A stretch of DNA of 64,000 bases from assembly GCA_035714365.1 (NCBI GenBank), contig DASTMB010000014.1, positions 55,720-119,719 on the forward strand, given 5' to 3'. Positions 53,566 to 61,087 of this stretch are shown one piece after another (position 1 is the stretch's first letter; each line of letters begins with the position of its first letter). Position numbers and translations under genes: made by a program. The stretch comes from Mycobacteriales bacterium (lineage in GTDB: Bacteria > Actinomycetota > Actinomycetes > BP-191). The notes under the pieces are model-generated. The model saw only the letters and a list, made by a program, of their open reading frames with translations. It was not told where the DNA came from and searched no databases.

Positions 53566-55872
53566 TCAGCCGCTGCGAGCAAGGCGTCTGCGCTGCCTGC
53601 GGCAGTTGCTGCAGCCGGTGCCATTCCGCGTCCTGTTCTTCACGCTGGTCAACCACTCGAAGCCGCAGGCGCTGCATCGCCAGCGGCACCGGTCGTGGCT
53701 ACCGGCCTTCAGCATGTGCGGGAGCCGGTTGATGTTGGTCTCATTTGCAACGAACTCCGCTGCAAGCTCTGGGTGTAAGTCCGCGAGCGACCTGCCGGGA
53801 CGGGGACGGGCCTTGCCGGCCGCGGTCCGCGCTCGGGCACAGGCTGGGCATCCAGCACCGGCAGTGCGGCTGGCAACCGTGGTGCTCCACTCATGGCCAC
53901 ACGTGATGCACGACCAACGGCACGTCTTGTTCGACGATGAGAGAAGCGTGGCCGCCGTGTGCGCGGGCTCCGCGGTGCACTTGATCAACTCGGTGGCGAC
54001 AAGGGGATGGAGGTCGGCGAGGCTTGCGCCAGCCGGAGCGATAGTGCGCGAAAGACGGACCCGTTCACGGCCACACGAGGCGCAGCCTCTGCCTCGAAGT
54101 CGTGTCGCGGGGGACGCCGTGAATTGCTGTCCGCACGTTCTGCACCGCCAAGAGCAGGCCAGATTGCTCGACGGTCGGAGCGTCGCCGCCGTTCGAGAAG
54201 GGTCTGCCAGGCACGCGGTGAACTCGTCGGCGATCTCGGGATGTGTGTCGGCAAGGGACTCGCCCGGACCCGGAATGGAGCGTTGCCTGCTGGCAGAAGC
54301 AACGCGTGCGCGGCTGCAGGGCGGACAGCCCGAGCCTGTGCCAGCTCGGGATGCGACCGAGCTGATCCACGTGTGGCTGCATCTTGCGCACTGCCACTCG
54401 CAGCTGTCTCGTGCGTTCGGGCTCAGCCAGTCGAGCGTGACCCCTTCACGGGTCAGGTTCCGGCGGAACTCGCCGGCGAGCTGCGGCGCGATGTCGAGCG
54501 CGCTCGACCGGGGCGGTGCATTGACGTCAGCCTGCCAACTGGCGAAGGCGGTGGCCAGCGCGGCGGAACGCTCACCGAGTGTCAGCTTCTTCCAGTTGAG
54601 TCCCCTGCTCCTCACAGTCGGTCTGAGCGCATCTGCCCAGACGTAGGGGTCCTCGCAGCCGTCATCGACGAGAACGACCGAGCAGTCCAGCGCCGGCAGC
54701 GATCGCGGCCGGATGCGCAGGTATGTCTCACCGCGCATGGCGGCCGCTTTGCGCTGGTCTCGCTGCGGATGGCGGTGCCAATGCTTCGGGTCGAGGTCGA
54801 TTAGGAGTCCGATGTTGCTGATCGCCAGATCCACGCGCCACCGGCGACCGTCAGCTTCGACACCGACGTCGACCAGAACCGCGGTGCCGGTTGCTGCGGC
54901 GACTAGTTCTGCCACCTCATGTTCGAAGAGGGATCTGCCGTTGCGAGTGCATCGGGCGCAACCAGCACCGGCGACTCGCGAGGCGACCGTCGTGCTCCAT
55001 ATATGTCCCTTGCGGCAACGCCACTGGCAGATGTCGTTCGAGCCGGCTGCTAACAACTCTGGCCCGCGTCCAGGCACGGTCTGGTTCACGACGAACTCGG
55101 CGGCGACGCTCGGGGATACCTCCGAGAGGGCACGACCGGGCCGCGGATTCCGACGCGCAGTTCCGCTTCTCGCGTTGGCGCAGCGTGGGCAGCCACTGTT
55201 CTTGGTTACGCGGTTGGTCACGGTCGCCGTCCACCTGTACCCGCAGCTGCCGCATCGCCAGGCGCAGCGGTCCACGGAAGATGGGCGGAGTCCGTCGAGT
55301 CCGCTGCCGGGGTTCGTGAGGTTCTCGAGGAACTCGTGGGTGATCGCCGGCGCCATACCCGCCGCGGTCGCGGCATCATGCCGTGGACCCCGACGGCTGG
55401 CTGCTCGTGCCTGGTTGGCGCATGCCGGACAGCCGCGGCCGTGTGCACGGTTGGCGACGACCGATTCCCACTCTGTCGAGCACACACCGCACCGCCAGAG
55501 GCAGCGCTGCTTGCTTTTGACGCGCAACTCGGCTGGACCCATGTCGGGACGGTCAAGGTTGCGAACAAACTCGGCCGCAAGCTTGGGGTTTAGGTCTTTC
55601 AGTGCCTTGCCCGCGGGCGCTTGGGCGCGAGAACGGGCTCGGCGGGCCCAGGCGCACTCGGGGCAACCGGTGCCTGCCTGGGCCCGCGCGGCCACGGTTG
55701 TAGCCCACTGGTATCTACACAATCGGCAGCGCCACCGCACCTTGATGTTGCTGCCTAGGCCAAGGTTTGCGATGTTCATGTCCCGGCCCGGGGTAGTTAC
55801 CGCTTCAGCGAGGAGATCGGTCCGTCCGGCTCCGATCGTCTGCTGCGGCGCTGGTCCCGGCACGTGCACCAT
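53566..55872 (-). CDS. Protein with seven treble-clef zinc-ribbon repeats (pattern L..EF..N.....LxxxSxxxCxWRCxxCGHxWxTTVxxRxxxGxGCPxCA) flanking a central Vsr/DUF559-like endonuclease-fold segment
   Basis: Repeats read directly. The central 'RVDLAISNIGLLIDLDPKHWH...RGETYLRIR' resembles very-short-patch-repair-like nucleases. Confidence 0.55.
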   Translation of the reverse strand: MVHVPGPAPQQTIGAGRTDLLAEAVTTPGRDMNIANLGLGSNIKVRWRCRLCRYQWATTVAARAQAGTGCPECAWARRARSRAQAPAGKALKDLNPKLAAEFVRNLDRPDMGPAELRVKSKQRCLWRCGVCSTEWESVVANRAHGRGCPACANQARAASRRGPRHDAATAAGMAPAITHEFLENLTNPGSGLDGLRPSSVDRCAWRCGSCGYRWTATVTNRVTKNSGCPRCANARSGTARRNPRPGRALSEVSPSVAAEFVVNQTVPGRGPELLAAGSNDICQWRCRKGHIWSTTVASRVAGAGCARCTRNGRSLFEHEVAELVAAATGTAVLVDVGVEADGRRWRVDLAISNIGLLIDLDPKHWHRHPQRDQRKAAAMRGETYLRIRPRSLPALDCSVVLVDDGCEDPYVWADALRPTVRSRGLNWKKLTLGERSAALATAFASWQADVNAPPRSSALDIAPQLAGEFRRNLTREGVTLDWLSPNARDSCEWQCARCSHTWISSVASRAGTGSGCPPCSRARVASASRQRSIPGPGESLADTHPEIADEFTACLADPSRTAATLRPSSNLACSWRCRTCGQQFTASPATRLRGRGCASCGRERVRLSRTIAPAGASLADLHPLVATELIKCTAEPAHTAATLLSSSNKTCRWSCITCGHEWSTTVASRTAGAGCPACARARTAAGKARPRPGRSLADLHPELAAEFVANETNINRLPHMLKAGSHDRCRWRCSACGFEWLTSVKNRTRNGTGCSNCRRQRRRLARSG

Positions 55873-56044
55873 TCTCGTAGATCACGCGATAGCACGCTGG
55901 CAAGCGGCTGACTCCTCCGCGGCATGAGCGGACGTGCGGCTACGCCCCGTCGAGCATTCCGGGGCCCCGACCCGGGCGGTTTTGTCGGTATAGCAGCGCG
56001 AAGATGCTGCGCTCCGTACCGTCAGTTGACGGAGGAGACCGACG

Positions 56045-59000
56045 ATGAGCTCAACCGAAGCGCCTGTCGACCTCGGTCCGGCGCGCGCTGCCGACGCCGC
56101 GCGTGCCATCTTCCACGACCCGTCCGCGACCGGCCTGCACGAGCCCGTCGGACAGGACGAGTGCGCGGCCGCCGTCGCCGCGCTCGCGAGCTGCTTCTCC
56201 GGTGCCGGCGGGACGGTCAGCAACATCGTCGCGAACGCCCGGGCCGCCGCGCAGGTTCTGTCCGGCGACAGGCTCCAGGGACTGTCAGAGATCGTGCAGA
56301 ACGCCGACGACGCCGGCGCGTCCCAAGTCCGGATCTTCCACGCCGACGACGCGCTCCTGGCCGTCCACGACGGACAGCCGTTGACCCTTCGCAACGTTCA
56401 CGCGCTGGCCGCGCCGTGGCTCACCACGAAGCGCGACGACGCCGGCGCGACCGGCCGGTTCGGGATAGGCCTGCTGACCTTGCACGCGCTCGCGGACGCT
56501 TTCGAACTCCACAGCGCGGACTACCACTTGCGCCTGGGAGATCCGACACTCGAGACGATCCCCGCGTTCCTCGAGGCGGCCCTGGCCGGGCCCGACGACA
56601 CCGTCGTGCGGGTCCCGCTCAACCCGGGCGCGCTCGGCCCGGACGAGCTCATGGCCTGGTGCGAGCACTGGGACGACAGCAGCCTTCTGTTCCTGCGCAA
56701 CATCCGCAACATCACGTTCGTCGCGGCTGGCGGCCGCCGCGAGCTCGCGCTCCGCCCCGAACCGATGCCGCCCGTCACCTGGAACCTGTCCGGCGCCGAC
56801 GTGCCCGTCTCACGCGCCCGCGTCACCGCCGCCGACGGGCGGCGCTGGCTGGTCTACCAAGCAGACCTCGCCAGTCCCGGCGGTCTGCAGCGGGCCCACA
56901 AACAGACCGACCCGACGACGCCGGTCGGCGTCGCCCTGCCCGCCGCCGACCGCGGCACCGGCGGGCAGCTTTTCGCCGGTCTGCCCGTCGTCCCGATCCG
57001 CGCAAGGCTTTCCGCGAACGCCCAGTTCGACCCGATCGCGAGCCGACAGAACCTCGCAGACAGCGCCTGGAACTCCGCGCTCGCCGAGCGAGTCGCAGCG
57101 CTGTGGGCGAACGCCGTCCTCGACCTGTTCGCGGTCGCGCCCGCATCAGCGTGGGCACTCTTGCCAGCGCCCGCCGAGCCGGATCCCGCGAAGACTCACA
57201 GCGCCCGCCCGGGAATCGTTGACCAGATCGAGAGCCTCCTCGACGACGCCACGGCGCGCGAGATCGGCACCCGGCTAGTTCTGCCCGTCGACGGACGGCT
57301 CGTCCACGTGAACGACCTCGCGGTCGAAGCCGCGGCCCTCACCGGCATCGTCGGCGACGGCGAGATCGCGGCCCTCGCTGGTCTGGCCGACACGCTGCCC
57401 CGTACCGCCCGCGACGCGGACGGCCGCTGGCGCGACGTGCTCGCCGCCTGGCGCGGCGCCGGCCACGGACTGCCGCCGGAAGTTACCGTCGCGGACGCGC
57501 TGCCGCTCGCCGAGGACGATGGACGCGACCCACAGGCAACGCTTGCCCTGGTCGCCGCCGGCGTCGGCGCCGCGCTCTACCAAGCCCTCGCGCGCCTGCG
57601 GTGCGTGCTCCTCCGCGACTCAAGCCGGACGACGCCTCCCGACCCGGACGAGCTCCGCGTGCTCACAGGCGGCGCCGGCGGGCTCGCCACGTCGCTCGGC
57701 ATCGCCGACGAGCTCCACCCGTCGCTGCTCGCAGACACCGACGATGCAGCTGCCGTACGCGCGTGGCTCGAACACCGCCACAAGCTTGTCGACTCGGACG
57801 GTGACGCCGACGTCCTCCGACTCCTCGCAGACGCCGGCAACCGCGGCCTAACGCTCGACCAGCCGCTCGCCGACGGCCAGGCCGTCGCGCTACGCAACGG
57901 CCTCGAGCACGCCGGCCAGGCCGACTGGCAACGCCTCGGAGCCGGCATCGGCAAGGCAATCCGGCTGCACGCCGTCACCTACGGCCCCAGGGGCAAGCTC
58001 GAGAACACCACCGCCCGGCCCGCAGACGCCTACCAGCCGAAGACCATCGACCGCGAACCCGACAGCTTTGCCGTCGCGGCGGACACCACACCGGGGCTGT
58101 TATGGATCGCGCCGCGGTACTCCGCCGTCCTGCGCTCGCCCCTGGGCCGTGCAGGCCTTGGCGCGCAACGTTTCCTGCGCCTTCTCGGAGCGGAGACATC
58201 GCCGCGGCTAGAGCCTCACCCCCGGCTGCTCTCCCGATACTCCGACCCGCGGCGCGGCCTGCACATCGACATCGCCGGCACCACTTCCGAACGCGCGCAG
58301 GCCCTGCGCGACCTGCAGGCGAGCTACTCCCTCGACGACCACCACAGCCCCGACCTGCAGGCCGTCCTCGACCACATCGCCAGGGACCGCAAGGCGACCC
58401 GCCGCAGGCAGCGGGCCGCGGCCGTCCTCAGTGTCCTCGGGCGATCGTGGACCTCGCTCGCCGACCACGCGCAGGTCCCCGCAGCGCACGACTACAACGG
58501 CTGGCGCCTGCAAGGGCCCATCCGCTCATGGTGGCTCTGGGCAGCGGGCAGCGTCGCATGGCTCGACAACGCCGCGTCGGTGCCGTCCGCGCCGAAGGCC
58601 CTGCGGCTGCGGACCCCGGCGACCGTCGCCGTCCACGGCGACGACGCCGGGTCGTACCTGCACCCTTCGTTTCGGGCCGTCCGCGCCGACGTACTCGCGC
58701 ACCTGGGTGTCGCCGGCGAGCCAAGTACCCGAGAGCTCGTCGCCAGGCTTGAGCACCTCCGCGCGTCGCCGGCCGCCCTCGACATCGCCGCGGAAACCGC
58801 GATCGTCTACCAGGCCCTCGCCGACCGTGCCCGGGAAAGGCGGCGCTCGTCGGGGCACCTGCCCCCGAACAAGCTCCGCGAGCTGTTCGGCGCCGGCACG
58901 GGCCTCATCCTCACCGCGAAAGGCTGGCTTCCGCCCGGAGAGGTTTTGCGCGGTCCGCCGGTCTTTGGGCCGTATCGGGCATTCGTCCCGCAGACGGCAG

Positions 59001-60580
59001 GCACCGAGCCGCTCTGGTCGGCCCTGCAGGTAAGGCGGCCCGACCTCGATGACTGCCTCGGCGTCCTGCGCGACATCGCGAAGACGCGCCTTGCGGACAC
59101 GCCGACGCGCACCGTCGTTCTGGAAATCCTCCGGCTCATGGCCCAACTCGTCGCGGCCGCAGACGTCGACGACCGGATCGCGAAACGCCTCCAGCGCGCG
59201 CCCTTGCTCACCAGCCAAGGCTGGACCGCCGTCCGGCCCGTTTACTGCGTCGACGACCTCCCGCTAGCAACCGGCATCGCCGACAGCCTGCCCGTCTGGG
59301 CGCCCGGCGGCGAACTCGAGCAGTTCAAGGCGCTCGTCCGGCCGCTGCGGCTCACGTCTGTCTCCGTCGCGGACGCGCCCCTTGTTAGCGTCGCCGACAG
59401 CTACCTCGACGATGACACGACCGAACTGCTCCACGACGCCGTTGCGCTCCTGCGCGAGGACCTAGCCCGCAACGACCCGGCGAGCGAACAGGGCCTGACC
59501 TGTGGCTGGGACGTCCTCGAGACGCTCGACGTCCGCATCGCCGCCGAGCTGCGGGTCTCCCTCGACACGGTGCCCGGTCGGCCGACGACGGTGCCCGTCG
59601 CCGCGCGGCTCGACGTAGCCGCGGCGACGCTCTACCTCACCGACCCGGACGACGTTGGCCGCGTCGACAGCGGCGGCCGTGCCGTCGCCAGCGCGTTCTC
59701 GGCGGACCACAGAGCGATGTCGCAGGCGTGGCTCGCCGCGATCGCCTCTGCCCGGGAAGGCCGCGCGGCGGTACGGCTCCGGCTCGCCGCCGAGACTGCG
59801 GCAGACGAAGCCGCCAAGTCCCAGGCCGCGATCAGCGCGAAACTCGACGAGCTCAGAGGACAGGTTAAGGACCGGAAAGCCAAAGCAGCGACCGGGACAG
59901 GGGCCAAGGGCCGGGCGACAACCCTCGCGAAGGACCTGCCGCCGCCCCCGCCCGGTCGCAAGCCTGCGCTGTCCCCCACGCCGCGCGTTCTCGTCGACCC
60001 GTCGACGCTCGTCGTCGTCGATCCCCAAGGCGTCATCGTTTCCGGGACCGGCGCTCCGCCCGCCCGACCCGGCGCGACGGAAAAGCCTCGCGGTCCGCTG
60101 CCCGCGCCGCGGCCCGGCGGCGCCGTGCCGAGCGCGCGAAAGTCGCGACGCGACTACACCGACCTGGAGAAGGAGACGGTCGGGCTCGAGTTGGTCCGTC
60201 GTGTCCTGGGCGGCAGCGCGAAAGAGATCGTCGATCTGCGTGCGCAGCACGGCGTCGGCGCGGACGCCGTCGACGAGCTCCGTCAGTTCTACGAGCTCAA
60301 GGTGGCCGCGGGCACCGAGCCTGACGAGATCGTGCTGGAGGACGCACAAATCCGACGCGCCTTGTCGGCGAAGGACTTCTTCCTTGTCATCGTCTCCGGC
60401 GTCGAAGGCGCAGCGGCAACCCCGCGCGTCCGCGTCGTCGTCAACCCCGTGGGGCAGCTCCGAATGTCCAAACGCAGCCAGGTCCGGTTCGGCGGAATCC
60501 GGCAGTCGCTCAGCCTGGTTTACGACCTGCGTCCCGCCGCGGACGCCGGGCCGGACGACGCCGCGCCGACCGCCGGCTGA
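56045..60580 (+). CDS. 1511-aa protein: N-terminal GHKL/sacsin-MORC-like ATPase (Bergerat motif 'SEIVQNADDAGAS'), long middle region, C-terminal DUF3883-like nuclease domain
   Basis: Motifs read in the translation. Low-GC context. Confidence 0.75.
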   Translation: MSSTEAPVDLGPARAADAARAIFHDPSATGLHEPVGQDECAAAVAALASCFSGAGGTVSNIVANARAAAQVLSGDRLQGLSEIVQNADDAGASQVRIFHADDALLAVHDGQPLTLRNVHALAAPWLTTKRDDAGATGRFGIGLLTLHALADAFELHSADYHLRLGDPTLETIPAFLEAALAGPDDTVVRVPLNPGALGPDELMAWCEHWDDSSLLFLRNIRNITFVAAGGRRELALRPEPMPPVTWNLSGADVPVSRARVTAADGRRWLVYQADLASPGGLQRAHKQTDPTTPVGVALPAADRGTGGQLFAGLPVVPIRARLSANAQFDPIASRQNLADSAWNSALAERVAALWANAVLDLFAVAPASAWALLPAPAEPDPAKTHSARPGIVDQIESLLDDATAREIGTRLVLPVDGRLVHVNDLAVEAAALTGIVGDGEIAALAGLADTLPRTARDADGRWRDVLAAWRGAGHGLPPEVTVADALPLAEDDGRDPQATLALVAAGVGAALYQALARLRCVLLRDSSRTTPPDPDELRVLTGGAGGLATSLGIADELHPSLLADTDDAAAVRAWLEHRHKLVDSDGDADVLRLLADAGNRGLTLDQPLADGQAVALRNGLEHAGQADWQRLGAGIGKAIRLHAVTYGPRGKLENTTARPADAYQPKTIDREPDSFAVAADTTPGLLWIAPRYSAVLRSPLGRAGLGAQRFLRLLGAETSPRLEPHPRLLSRYSDPRRGLHIDIAGTTSERAQALRDLQASYSLDDHHSPDLQAVLDHIARDRKATRRRQRAAAVLSVLGRSWTSLADHAQVPAAHDYNGWRLQGPIRSWWLWAAGSVAWLDNAASVPSAPKALRLRTPATVAVHGDDAGSYLHPSFRAVRADVLAHLGVAGEPSTRELVARLEHLRASPAALDIAAETAIVYQALADRARERRRSSGHLPPNKLRELFGAGTGLILTAKGWLPPGEVLRGPPVFGPYRAFVPQTAGTEPLWSALQVRRPDLDDCLGVLRDIAKTRLADTPTRTVVLEILRLMAQLVAAADVDDRIAKRLQRAPLLTSQGWTAVRPVYCVDDLPLATGIADSLPVWAPGGELEQFKALVRPLRLTSVSVADAPLVSVADSYLDDDTTELLHDAVALLREDLARNDPASEQGLTCGWDVLETLDVRIAAELRVSLDTVPGRPTTVPVAARLDVAAATLYLTDPDDVGRVDSGGRAVASAFSADHRAMSQAWLAAIASAREGRAAVRLRLAAETAADEAAKSQAAISAKLDELRGQVKDRKAKAATGTGAKGRATTLAKDLPPPPPGRKPALSPTPRVLVDPSTLVVVDPQGVIVSGTGAPPARPGATEKPRGPLPAPRPGGAVPSARKSRRDYTDLEKETVGLELVRRVLGGSAKEIVDLRAQHGVGADAVDELRQFYELKVAAGTEPDEIVLEDAQIRRALSAKDFFLVIVSGVEGAAATPRVRVVVNPVGQLRMSKRSQVRFGGIRQSLSLVYDLRPAADAGPDDAAPTAG

Positions 60581-60742
60581 GCGACATCCGCCCGCGACAG
60601 CTCAGAGCGGCTCGACGTGCGCGTGCGGATACTGAGGCGGGGTCTCGCCAGAGCGCGGCCGCGCCCACCAGGCCCACGACGAACGCCGGCCGCAGTCCGG
60701 CGGAGCGCCGCTACCGTCGAAGGGTTCGCGCTGGCTTGGGGC

Positions 60743-61087
60743 CTACTCCGTGAAGCTGAGTTGACCTGCAGCAGCGCGCGACAGTGTCAGCGTCGCGCCG
60801 TGCAGGGTGAGGTCGAGCGACAGGCCACTCTCGAGCACAGCCTGCACTCCAGCGTGATCACGGGCCGCGACCACGCCGACAACGTCGGCCAGCTCGTCGA
60901 GAACGACGAGCTGGTCCTTATCGTCCGACTCGACGATCGACACCGCCACAGGGTCAGCAGACACATCACCGCCGACCTGCACGCTGGCCTTGGCGCTGCC
61001 GGTCGCCATCAGCTCCCCGAGCTTGTGCCGGTCGTTCCCCTGGACGTACGCGAGAAGGTCCAGCACGTCGGTAGGCGACGCGTTCAA
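60743..61087 (-). CDS. Small hypothetical protein (114 aa) whose TTG start overlaps the helicase stop (TTGA). Alternatively it is the true C-terminus of the helicase after a -1 frameshift.
   Basis: The frame after the helicase stop stays open and protein-like for 114 codons. Confidence 0.35.
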   Translation of the reverse strand: MNASPTDVLDLLAYVQGNDRHKLGELMATGSAKASVQVGGDVSADPVAVSIVESDDKDQLVVLDELADVVGVVAARDHAGVQAVLESGLSLDLTLHGATLTLSRAAAGQLSFTE

